From contig JAWBAI010000001.1 in the NCBI GenBank assembly GCA_038816475.1, forward strand, positions 128,001 to 192,000: a stretch of DNA of 64,000 nucleotides. The letters are read 5' to 3'. A program made the translations under genes and the position numbers. The notes below the pieces were generated by a model. The model saw only the letters and a program-made list of their open reading frames with translations. It made no database searches and had not been told where the DNA came from. This DNA comes from Desulfurococcaceae archaeon. GTDB taxonomy: Archaea; Thermoproteota; Thermoprotei_A; Sulfolobales; Desulfurococcaceae. This document shows, one piece after another, positions 1 through 8,687 of the stretch (position 1 is the stretch's first letter; every line of letters begins with the position of its first letter).

Positions 1-2
1 TT

Positions 3-674
3 GCTCAAAACCCAGCTGGAGTGTCTATGAGCTACGATAGGAAAAAGCATCTTCTGGAGATAGCATCAAAGTACGATCTTCTCGTAGTAGAGGATGACCC
101 TTACAGTTACCTAATTTTCGAAGAGGGTGTTGACAAAACTAATCTGAAAGCTCTAGATAGTGAGAACAGAGTTCTGTACATGAGTACTATTAGTAAAATC
201 TTAGCTCCAGGTCTCAGAATAGGCTGGGTAGTAGCTGGTCATGAGCTATCCAGGAAAATTGAGTTACTAAAGCAGTACGTTGACTTACACACGTCAACTT
301 TAACTCAGTTCATTGTAGGTGAAGCTATCAGAAGAGGAGTTGTTGATCAGGTTATAAGTAGGGCCTTAATTCACTATAAGGCTAAGAGAGATACGATGTT
401 GAAGGCCATTGGGGAAAACTTCCCAGATTATACATGGTACTCTAAACCGGTTGGAGGATTGTTCATATTTGTTTATGTATACAAACAGGGTTTCAACGCA
501 GGGGTTTTGCTAAGTAAGGCTATTGACGAGTACAAGGTAGCATACGTACCAGGTGGAAGCTTTCACGTTGATGGAACAGGGGAGAACAGTATGAGGTTAA
601 ACTTTAGTTACCCATCGCATGAGCAAATAGTTCTAGGTATATCGAGGATCGCAAAGCTAATAAAGGAAGCTTAG
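3..674 (+). CDS. PLP-dependent aminotransferase class I/II (LysN/2-aminoadipate transaminase-like), 5'-truncated by window edge
   Basis: Motifs VEDDPY, STISKILAPGLRIGW (PLP lysine), GGLFIF, MRLNFS; frame is open to the window start. Confidence 0.9.
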   Translation, partial: AQNPAGVSMSYDRKKHLLEIASKYDLLVVEDDPYSYLIFEEGVDKTNLKALDSENRVLYMSTISKILAPGLRIGWVVAGHELSRKIELLKQYVDLHTSTLTQFIVGEAIRRGVVDQVISRALIHYKAKRDTMLKAIGENFPDYTWYSKPVGGLFIFVYVYKQGFNAGVLLSKAIDEYKVAYVPGGSFHVDGTGENSMRLNFSYPSHEQIVLGISRIAKLIKEA

Positions 675-1564
675 CTCTTCAGAGAGATCACTGTACCTAG
701 TCCTCGCGGAGGTATAAGTCCAACGGTTTTTTCAACATCTTGAACGTCGATTACTTTGATAACTTTCTCTAGTTCTCTTAGGACGTTTTTCACGTGTTCA
801 GCATTGTAGTTGTTGCTTTTCCACAGGAATGTGACTTTGATGGAACCTTTCCTACCTGATGGTATAGGTATCCATCTGGTAAGCGACAAGGGTGTGACAA
901 TAACATGATGCACTTCTGTTGTTGAAAGTAGTGTGTACTTGGAAAAAGCATTGGTACTCGTCAACACAAGAGTACGCCATCTGCTACTAAGGCTTCCAGT
1001 GTGCTTGTAAACTTGGAAATCGAACATTAGTGCTCTACGAAGTCCTTCTTCGCAGTAGAACACTGGTTCAACCCCTATTTTCCTCAGCATTAACCCGGTT
1101 GCTACTCCAATGAGACCGCATCCCTCTATCAAAACGGGCTCTTCGCAGAGAGATGCCACTTCGGAGACATGTTTAACTAACGGTTTCAGCGAATCAAAAG
1201 GGGTGTACTGAATTAGCTCCTCGTCAAGATAGGAAGAAGTTAGACTTGCGTAGCTGGATAGTAATCCGTGAATATCTACACCTAGGATACCCTTATCCCC
1301 CAGCGGTGTTACACTATAGACTTTACCCGTATACTCGGTTGGACCGTCGAACACTTCTATGACTTTAACAATCCCCACCGAACCTAGAATCGTTGGCTTC
1401 GCTAACGGTACAACACCGTTCACAATACCGCGCTCTAAGTCCCCTATGTACACGTACATCGGTTTAACGAGAATGTTCTCGTGAACAGGTACCACGGGGT
1501 ATTCAACTACCTCTACTCGACCACTGTAAACCAGGGCTTTCTGCTTCAACAGTAAAACACCCAT
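671..1564 (-). CDS. Degenerate medium-chain dehydrogenase/reductase (zinc ADH-like) protein
   Basis: GroES-like N-terminus (ILVKPMYVYIGDLE..PTILG) and Rossmann VLIEGCGLIG; canonical Zn ligands (CxxD, GHE) are absent. Confidence 0.6.
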   Translation of the reverse strand: MGVLLLKQKALVYSGRVEVVEYPVVPVHENILVKPMYVYIGDLERGIVNGVVPLAKPTILGSVGIVKVIEVFDGPTEYTGKVYSVTPLGDKGILGVDIHGLLSSYASLTSSYLDEELIQYTPFDSLKPLVKHVSEVASLCEEPVLIEGCGLIGVATGLMLRKIGVEPVFYCEEGLRRALMFDFQVYKHTGSLSSRWRTLVLTSTNAFSKYTLLSTTEVHHVIVTPLSLTRWIPIPSGRKGSIKVTFLWKSNNYNAEHVKNVLRELEKVIKVIDVQDVEKTVGLIPPRGLGTVISLKS

Positions 1565-1640
1565 TTGTGGTGAGAGTATAGTACTTCAAAATTTAATAAT
1601 GAGGATTCCTAAACTAAAGTCTCCAGGCTAGAGGTGTTTA

Positions 1641-1988
1641 TTGTTGAGTGGGGAACCGGAGAAAAAAGAGTTTCCAATTCACTGGATAAGCAAGGATGCT
1701 AGGTACAAAGTAATAGAGTTCATGCTGTCCACTAGAAGTGTGACAGAGCTTGCTAGGCAACTAGGTGTTTCACCAACAGCCGTTAGAAAATACATTAAAA
1801 GGCTGTCACATCCTAGCGATGAAGTGTTTGAAAGAGCTATAAAGTCCCTTGCACCCTACGAGATGGAGCCAATACTGGAAATAATAACCGATGACTTAGC
1901 TACCGCTATACGCAAGCTCTATGCAGCTGTGGATGATAACTACAAGGAAACAATAAGAAGAAAGCTGAGAGAAATAATTGGGTTGTAG
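1641..1988 (+). CDS. Helix-turn-helix (XRE-like) DNA-binding protein
   Basis: SVTELARQLGVSPTAVRKYIKRLSHPS HTH; GAGGTG RBS upstream. Confidence 0.8.
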   Translation: MLSGEPEKKEFPIHWISKDARYKVIEFMLSTRSVTELARQLGVSPTAVRKYIKRLSHPSDEVFERAIKSLAPYEMEPILEIITDDLATAIRKLYAAVDDNYKETIRRKLREIIGL

Positions 1989-1990
1989 TT

Positions 1991-2368
1991 TTGTCTAGTG
2001 ATAAGCCTTTTTTATCGAGTAGCAAGATCATAGAAGACTACAAACTACTTTTAAAGTACATGGAGAAGTGTAGATTAACTGGAGCTGAGTGCGAGAAACT
2101 TCTTCCAACATCTCAGATTCTAGCTAAAATTAAAGCACTCATAGAATCACGTGTAGCAACCTTTGAAGATGTATTAGGCTTTGTTGAGAAGGAGTTCTAC
2201 AACGAGATAAACTGCGAGATCTGCGTAGACGCGTTCAAGGAAGTGTATGGTATTAGTGTTGACTGTGATAAGGCTAGAAGAGCTCTAATAGTGCAGATCA
2301 CTGGGTGGTTCATCGAAATACTGGATACACTCGGCTACGTTAAAATAAAGTACTCGTGGAAACCATAA
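1991..2368 (+). CDS. Hypothetical protein with several Cys (CxxC)
   Basis: 125-aa ORF starting 2 nt after the HTH gene; no recognised family. Confidence 0.65.
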   Translation: MSSDKPFLSSSKIIEDYKLLLKYMEKCRLTGAECEKLLPTSQILAKIKALIESRVATFEDVLGFVEKEFYNEINCEICVDAFKEVYGISVDCDKARRALIVQITGWFIEILDTLGYVKIKYSWKP

Positions 2369-2520
2369 AGCTAAAGTAGCACGTGTTATCCGCGTAATGT
2401 TATTCTGCAGTAAGTGTTGTTAGGTTACATTAATATCGATGGTAACCGAAAATACGGAGCATGGGAATGTACGTAGCGATATTATGTACTGAGTACTCTG
2501 GATTATATGGGTGTTCGTGA

Positions 2521-3516
2521 ATGAAAATTAGGACTAGCCATGTAGGTAGCTTTCCGCTCTCTTACTCAGAGGAGAACGTAGTTAGAGCATTGAAAGACAT
2601 GTGGAGTATAAACATAGATGCTCCTCCGTATCCTCAGTTGAGGAGTTTTATTGAAATTTACTTGAATCCCCTGGTATCTCAGGGGGTCTTACACAGAGTA
2701 AAAGACATCTTTGTTGCTGAAAAAAGCAAACTCGAGCTATCCAATGTTAGGTTTACCGGAATACCCGAGGCCGAGGTTACCATTAGGGTTGTCAAGAATA
2801 AGGGTTTAAAGTTTAAGTGGTTGAGAGCACCTGTTACTGGCGCTTTTACATTGGCTTCAAGAGTTTATCTTCATGAAGACTTTACAAAAGGGATTTCAGC
2901 AACAGCTTTAGCGGACAAAGGCTTAGTTAAGGAGTTTTTCGCCGCGTTTGTGAAGGAAGCTGTTAAATACTTATCCAACTTGGGTTACAACATAGTGTTC
3001 ATAGATGAACCATCGTTAACCCTTGTTGTTGGAAAGAAACGACTGCTGTTTGACTACAAAGAAGATGAAATAATAGAGGTTCTAGACGATGTTGGTAAAT
3101 CGACCAGTAGCGATGTAGGTATACATGTTTGTGGTTTGCTTCACCGCAGATTACTGGAGCTAATCGTACGAGTTCCCAGTATAAAGTACATCAGCATAGA
3201 GCTTCACGATACTCCCGAAAACTTTGAATTAATAGAGAAGAGTCTTCTCGAGCTCTACGATAAGGTATTGAGTCCAGGAATAGTTAGTTCCAAGAAGCCT
3301 GTTGTGGAAGACCTGAACGATGCATTGAATGTTCTAAGGGTGGCCTACGAGAGATCAGCGGGGAGAATAGACCTGGTATCGGGTGATTGCGGTTTCAGAG
3401 GTCTAAGGAGTTCTCTCGGGGATGAGGAACGCGAGTACAGTATTTCACTAGAGAAGCTAAGTGTTATTGCAAAAGCAGTTAGGCTTTTTGAGGAGACTAT
3501 CTCAAGGATGAGCTGA
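2521..3516 (+). CDS. Core (single-barrel) cobalamin-independent methionine synthase-like protein, MesC-like
   Basis: HVGSFP N-terminus, PPYPQLR, VTGAFTLA, FIDEPSL, Zn ligands IHVCG...E...GDCG; 331 aa with no folate-binding N-terminal barrel. Confidence 0.85.
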   Translation: MKIRTSHVGSFPLSYSEENVVRALKDMWSINIDAPPYPQLRSFIEIYLNPLVSQGVLHRVKDIFVAEKSKLELSNVRFTGIPEAEVTIRVVKNKGLKFKWLRAPVTGAFTLASRVYLHEDFTKGISATALADKGLVKEFFAAFVKEAVKYLSNLGYNIVFIDEPSLTLVVGKKRLLFDYKEDEIIEVLDDVGKSTSSDVGIHVCGLLHRRLLELIVRVPSIKYISIELHDTPENFELIEKSLLELYDKVLSPGIVSSKKPVVEDLNDALNVLRVAYERSAGRIDLVSGDCGFRGLRSSLGDEEREYSISLEKLSVIAKAVRLFEETISRMS

Positions 3517-3517
3517 A

Positions 3518-5359
3518 TTGCCAGTAGTTGAGCTTTATCCTGGCTACATTAGGGTAGAAGTCGAGAAAGGCTCTACACTGCTTCTAGCTGTGCAAAAAGC
3601 TGGCGTGCCCTTCACAAGCTACTGTGGCGGACTAGGCTCGTGTGGTAAATGCCGAGTTGTAGTGAGCAAGGGAGTTCAAAACTTAAATGCTCCAACTAGA
3701 GCAGAGTTAAGGTTTTTGAACCAGCAGGATCTCGAGAAGAACATTAGATTAGCGTGTCAAGCTAGGGTCTTTGGGGACTACGTACTGATTCGTATACCAG
3801 AGGAGTCAATGGCTGTATCGGGAGGAAGGCTTGTACCCGCAATCGCTTTGAGAGATGACCTGTACCCTCTTAACCCGGTTGTCAGAAAAATACATGTTGT
3901 GTTACCCCCACCAACCCTTGAAGACAATAGATCAGACCTTGATAGACTTACAGGTGCTGTTATCGAAAAAGGGATTGCAGTAAAAGAGCTACACGTTCCA
4001 TTAAAAATACTCCGTGAACTACCAGCTATCCTTAGAAGTAGTAACTGGAATGTGACAGTTGTTTTATACGGAGATGAAGTAATCACTGTAGAACCCGGAG
4101 ACACATCTAGCTACCTATACGGCGTTGCGGTTGACATAGGTACTTCTAAGATCATCGCTGAACTCGTGGACCTAAATAGTGGTGAAACACTTGCGCGAGA
4201 CTTCGTTGAAAACCCTCAACTGGTTTACGGTGCAGATGTTGTTTCCCGAGCTGTATACGCTCAGAGGAGTGCTGAGAACCTGGCTGAGCTACAACGAGTA
4301 GTCGTTAAAGCCATTAACAGTCTGGTGGATAAGCTTGCGGAGAAAAGTGGTGTGAATAAGAAGTACGTGTACGAAGTGGTAGTTGTAGGGAACTCTGTAA
4401 TGCTCCACTTGCTCTACGGCATACCCCCAGATCCTATCATACGATCTCCCTACGTACCTGTTGTTTCTCGCATTCAGAGTTATCGAGCCGAGGACTTAGG
4501 TCTTTCAATAAACCATCTGGGTTACGTATCTTCTCTTCCCATAGTCGGAGGCTTTGTTGGAGCCGATGCGGTAGCCGATATTCTCGCTACACAGATGCAC
4601 AGGAAAAGCGAGTTGTCTCTACTCATCGATATAGGCACAAACACTGAGGTTTTGCTTGGAAACTCCGAGCTGATACTTGCAGCATCAGCGCCTTCAGGAC
4701 CAGCGTTCGAGGGTGCTCACGTATCGCACGGTATGAAGGCTGTTCACGGAGCAATAGAGTCCGTTAGGATTAAGGGTTTAGACGTCGAGTACGAGACCAT
4801 TGGTGGAGTAAAACCTAGAGGAATATGTGGAACAGGGTTGGTGGATACTGTAGCCGAACTTTACAGAAACGGTATTATAGATCATCAAGGTAAGTTCATG
4901 GACGTTAAACACCCGAGGATTGTTAGAGAAAAGAACACTCTCAGATTCATTCTAGCATACGCCAAGGAAACGGCAACAGGAGAAGATATCTACGTTACAC
5001 CAAAAGACATAGAGGCTGTTCTGCTAGCGAAAGCGGCGATAAGGTCCGCGTGGACTCTTCTCATGAGAAAGCTCAATGTAAAAACCTCGGATATAACCTG
5101 GGTCTACGTTGCAGGTTCTTTTGGTACACGTTTAAACATTGACAACGCCATTGAAATAGGCTTGCTTCCCCGTATTGACACAGGTAGAGTAGTATTCGTG
5201 GGAGAATGCGCTATCGTAGGAGCGAAAATGGCTTTGAAATCCACCGAAGCTCGGAGAGAAGTAGAGGAGCTAGTGAAAACGAAAGTCAAGTATGTTGAGC
5301 TTTCAGCCGATCCAGAGTTTCGCAAGGAGTATCTTCGATCACTAGGACTCGGCGTGTAG
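3518..5359 (+). CDS. ATP-dependent reductive activator of corrinoid proteins (RACE; RACo/AcsV-like, ASKHA fold with N-terminal 2Fe-2S ferredoxin)
   Basis: CGGLGSCGKC...RLACQ 2Fe-2S motif; VDIGTS, ENPQLVYGADVVSR, GGFVGAD, IDIGTNTE, GPAFEG, GICGTG, AGSFG. Confidence 0.92.
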   Translation: MPVVELYPGYIRVEVEKGSTLLLAVQKAGVPFTSYCGGLGSCGKCRVVVSKGVQNLNAPTRAELRFLNQQDLEKNIRLACQARVFGDYVLIRIPEESMAVSGGRLVPAIALRDDLYPLNPVVRKIHVVLPPPTLEDNRSDLDRLTGAVIEKGIAVKELHVPLKILRELPAILRSSNWNVTVVLYGDEVITVEPGDTSSYLYGVAVDIGTSKIIAELVDLNSGETLARDFVENPQLVYGADVVSRAVYAQRSAENLAELQRVVVKAINSLVDKLAEKSGVNKKYVYEVVVVGNSVMLHLLYGIPPDPIIRSPYVPVVSRIQSYRAEDLGLSINHLGYVSSLPIVGGFVGADAVADILATQMHRKSELSLLIDIGTNTEVLLGNSELILAASAPSGPAFEGAHVSHGMKAVHGAIESVRIKGLDVEYETIGGVKPRGICGTGLVDTVAELYRNGIIDHQGKFMDVKHPRIVREKNTLRFILAYAKETATGEDIYVTPKDIEAVLLAKAAIRSAWTLLMRKLNVKTSDITWVYVAGSFGTRLNIDNAIEIGLLPRIDTGRVVFVGECAIVGAKMALKSTEARREVEELVKTKVKYVELSADPEFRKEYLRSLGLGV

Positions 5360-5451
5360 AGTAAAAACATGGTGAAACACTTAGCTAATGTAATGGTGAA
5401 CAAAGGAGTTCCCATGAGTAAAGCAGACTGGTCTATATGGTTAAGAGAGTT

Positions 5452-6735
5452 CTAGTAGGAACCATATTTCAGCACGGCATTAATGTATGCTTTTACACTA
5501 GCTGGGTTTACATCTGCTGGAAGTTCTGCAACTCCAGGTGCTATCATGAACCCCCCTTCGGGTTTAATCTTCTGAAGGATGTTTTTAACGTACTCTTCGA
5601 CTTTCTCAGGAGACTGGTAGAATAAAGATGGTGGAATACCACCTGCAACAGCTGTATGACCCTTCAGCTTGTCCCATACGTTTTTAACAAAATCCCTTGG
5701 TCTTTCAAACCACGCTATACCCCAGCCCTTCGGTAGCTCGAGTATAGTGTCCACGTGAGGAGAGTGATCTCCCTCGAAGAAAACGAATCCCTTGTACCCT
5801 TTGCTCACCAGGGTTTCTATGATCTTCCTCAGGTAAGGCCAGTAGAACTCTACGTAGAGTTTAGGTGGCAACATCTCGTTCAAGTGTAGAGGAATGAAGA
5901 ACAGCGTTAAAGGTTGCATCGGTGGTATGGCTGTAGCAACTCTCAGTATGGCATTCATTAGTGCGTCACAAGATGCTTTGAAATCCTCAGGGTATCTTCT
6001 GATGTCCACCATAGCTCCTGTCGGGTGTCTGAGGAAATCTCCGATCAAGTCAGCTGGAACATAAGCGTTGGTTAATGGAATTAACGGATACCACTTAAGC
6101 TGTGATAGTATTTCAACCATGAAGCTAATTGTCCTCTGAACAGCTATTCCAGCTCTTATCAACATACCGTTCCAATGCGTAGTACCCGGTGTACCCAGCC
6201 CTGGACAAGCTCTCGGCAGGATCACGTTGTGTATGAACTCAACAGGGTTCTCAGCCAGCTTCTTATATTCATTCGGCTCCATGAACGCTCCTCCGACGAA
6301 CTGTGGATGCATGTGGTCGTCTAACTCTCTTCCAGGCCATTTGCTCCACTTGTCTCTTAGCACATCGTGTAGTGGACCGGAGATGAACCTTATGAGGTTG
6401 GAGAAGTCGGGGAAGTCGGAGAAGGCTACAGCCAGTATGAAGCCCTCGAGAAGGTAAGGAACGAAGATCAGTCCAAAGTCAGATGGATATTCAAGAGTGT
6501 ATTTCAAAACAGCATTCTTCGCTCTGGGAGTTAACTCGTAGGAGAGCTCGTACCACGTTAAACCTGTTTGAGTTATCATGAAATCTCCACTGGGTGCAAG
6601 AAGTGGTACCCTATCGGGTGTTCTAAGTTCAATTATATTCATAATTCTCGTTAGTTTTTCCTTGGCTACAACCTCTGGTTCTCTTCTATGCTCCTCCATC
6701 CATTTAGTCAAATGCTCGAACCGGGTACAGCTCAT
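5452..6735 (-). CDS. Uroporphyrinogen decarboxylase-fold putative corrinoid methyltransferase
   Basis: PDRVP N-terminus, EFYWPYLRKII, FFEGD, AGGIP, GGFMIAPG; directly downstream of the corrinoid protein gene. Confidence 0.8.
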   Translation of the reverse strand: MSCTRFEHLTKWMEEHRREPEVVAKEKLTRIMNIIELRTPDRVPLLAPSGDFMITQTGLTWYELSYELTPRAKNAVLKYTLEYPSDFGLIFVPYLLEGFILAVAFSDFPDFSNLIRFISGPLHDVLRDKWSKWPGRELDDHMHPQFVGGAFMEPNEYKKLAENPVEFIHNVILPRACPGLGTPGTTHWNGMLIRAGIAVQRTISFMVEILSQLKWYPLIPLTNAYVPADLIGDFLRHPTGAMVDIRRYPEDFKASCDALMNAILRVATAIPPMQPLTLFFIPLHLNEMLPPKLYVEFYWPYLRKIIETLVSKGYKGFVFFEGDHSPHVDTILELPKGWGIAWFERPRDFVKNVWDKLKGHTAVAGGIPPSLFYQSPEKVEEYVKNILQKIKPEGGFMIAPGVAELPADVNPASVKAYINAVLKYGSY

Positions 6736-6739
6736 ATTT

Positions 6740-7393
6740 TTACCCCTTACGCTTGGATTTTTCTTCTACCCAGTTCAGCATTATCTTAATACCTTCTCCT
6801 GCGTCGTTAGCCCAAGCGTCTGCACCTACGTACTCGCAGATGTACTGATCCACTCTTCCTCCTCCAATGATCACCTTTATTCTTCTTCTGAGGCCAGCCT
6901 CTCTAATTGCATCAATGGTCTTTTTCATTGACTCTATTCCGCTTGTTAGTAAGCATGACAATCCCACTATATCTGGGTTGTGTTGCTTAATTGCCTCAAT
7001 AAACCTGTGAGGTGACACATCAACGCCAAGGTCTACTACCTCAAAGCCTGCAGCTTCAGCCAACGCTACTACGATGTTTTTGCCAATATCGTGTATATCT
7101 CCTTCAACGGTTCCAATAACGAGTTTACCTAAAACCTCCCTTGGTTTACCCAGTGTTTTCAGCTTTTCTCTAGCCATGCTAGAGATGGTTTTCATTATCT
7201 CAGCTGCCATAACCAAATCAGCAACGAAAAACTCTCCCTTTTCGTATTTTTCTCCAACAACTTCGGCAGCTCTCCTCAGATCCTCGAGGAGAAGACGCGG
7301 ATCCTCTACCTCTAACCGTCTCTTAGCCAATTCAATCGCTTTAACCTCATCGAGCTCGACAATGGCGTTCACAAGCTCTTCCGATAAACTCAT
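6740..7393 (-). CDS. Stand-alone corrinoid (B12-binding) protein, MtaC/MttC-like
   Basis: Four-helix cap domain plus GTVEGDIHDIGKNIV (DxHxxG), DLGVDV, GLSCL, IIGGG; likely start ATG at 7393. Confidence 0.93.
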   Translation of the reverse strand: MSLSEELVNAIVELDEVKAIELAKRRLEVEDPRLLLEDLRRAAEVVGEKYEKGEFFVADLVMAAEIMKTISSMAREKLKTLGKPREVLGKLVIGTVEGDIHDIGKNIVVALAEAAGFEVVDLGVDVSPHRFIEAIKQHNPDIVGLSCLLTSGIESMKKTIDAIREAGLRRRIKVIIGGGRVDQYICEYVGADAWANDAGEGIKIMLNWVEEKSKRKG

Positions 7394-7639
7394 ACAACCC
7401 ATCCTCAGACTACAAGCAATAGAATTCCCATGCTTAAAGCTTTTCTTTAAGAATGCAACCACTTAACTTAGCAGATTGTCCTAACCAATGGATAGCCGGT
7501 GAACCCAGCAATGTGTAGAGTACTGCATGATTAAACTACCTCGCACACATGTGAACAAGCGCCGTGCGCCTCGATTTGTGCTGAGCCATATTGGTCGATA
7601 TGTAACTGTGAAAGAATTCATAACACCTGGGGGACGGGT

Positions 7640-7945
7640 TTGCTTAATGTAGCAAAGCTTGTGGAAAACACTGTTAAGTATCTTAGAGGAGAAGGCATTT
7701 ATGTACTAGAATGTAGAATAAAGGAGAAAGCTACAAAGTTCGAGATTAACATGAAACTGGATAAAAATCCTGCCGGCCTAAGCTATGTTAAAATACAAAT
7801 TAGTAAGGATGGAAAAAAGATAAGGGTTTTTACTCGGAGAACTAGTTTTGACTTAAGAATAAAGAGGTTCATAAGAAGAGAACTGGAGAAAATGGCGGGT
7901 TACTTTGAAACTACCTCACAAGAAGAGGATACAGGTAGCAGTTGA
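7640..7945 (+). CDS. Hypothetical basic protein
   Basis: 101-aa ORF overlapping the next gene; G-rich RBS. Confidence 0.6.
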   Translation: MLNVAKLVENTVKYLRGEGIYVLECRIKEKATKFEINMKLDKNPAGLSYVKIQISKDGKKIRVFTRRTSFDLRIKRFIRRELEKMAGYFETTSQEEDTGSS

Positions 7946-8687
7946 GCTTTTGAGTGAGTTTATGAAGAACCTGGACAGCATTGATAGAAGTAAAGCTGTT
8001 GAAATGCTTAGAAGAATGTACGGTATTAGGAAGCTTCAGCCTATAAAGGGAAAAGCGAATCCACCAGATATATTCGACAAAGAAATGGCAACCTTGTACG
8101 TGATCGGGAAATACGGCTTAAAGCTCGATAGTGAATTCCCGGAGCTCTTCGACAAGGTATTCTACATTGAAAAAATACTAGACGATGCTGTAGGAGACGT
8201 ACTGGAAGGGAGGATCGAGGAGGTTAAAGAGAAACTTAAGAAGAGTTCACATAGCGGAGTCGTGGACAGTAACATAGTAGCAAGAATGCTCAGAATACCC
8301 TTAACAAAGTTCATTCTCGGATTTACTAACGAGAACGAACTAAGAGAGGTTCTGCAAAAAACCGCTAAAGCTTTACCGGATGAGGAGCGAACCGTTAATA
8401 ACTACGCGAAGTTCTTTGTTAGTTTAAAGCTTGCTGAAATGATCTATAAGGGTGAGGTCAAGTCCAAGGAGGAGAAAGAGGCGTTTAAGAAAGCACTAGC
8501 TATAAGGGTAGGCTTCCCGAGAGCAACTCCTAGTGATGACTACGTGAGAGTTATTGCGAAAAACGTTTTCGGAATAAGTGATGAGGTTCTTGATAAGCTT
8601 TTAACGAAGCCCCATGAACGCCATGGAACGACTGCTACTGTTGAGAAGAGAGCTGAACCAGAACACCGCGATCTTGGAGCTTCTTGA
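7905..8687 (+). CDS. DUF2192-like crenarchaeal conserved protein
   Basis: PPDIFDKEMATLYVIGKYGL and EAFKKALAIRVG..ATPSDDY motifs. Confidence 0.7.
   Translation: MKLPHKKRIQVAVELLSEFMKNLDSIDRSKAVEMLRRMYGIRKLQPIKGKANPPDIFDKEMATLYVIGKYGLKLDSEFPELFDKVFYIEKILDDAVGDVLEGRIEEVKEKLKKSSHSGVVDSNIVARMLRIPLTKFILGFTNENELREVLQKTAKALPDEERTVNNYAKFFVSLKLAEMIYKGEVKSKEEKEAFKKALAIRVGFPRATPSDDYVRVIAKNVFGISDEVLDKLLTKPHERHGTTATVEKRAEPEHRDLGAS

Noticed and set aside
8635-8687. Convergent 3' overlaps (DUF2192/lhr, and also rad50/cdd)
   Set aside because: Common in compact crenarchaeal genomes.
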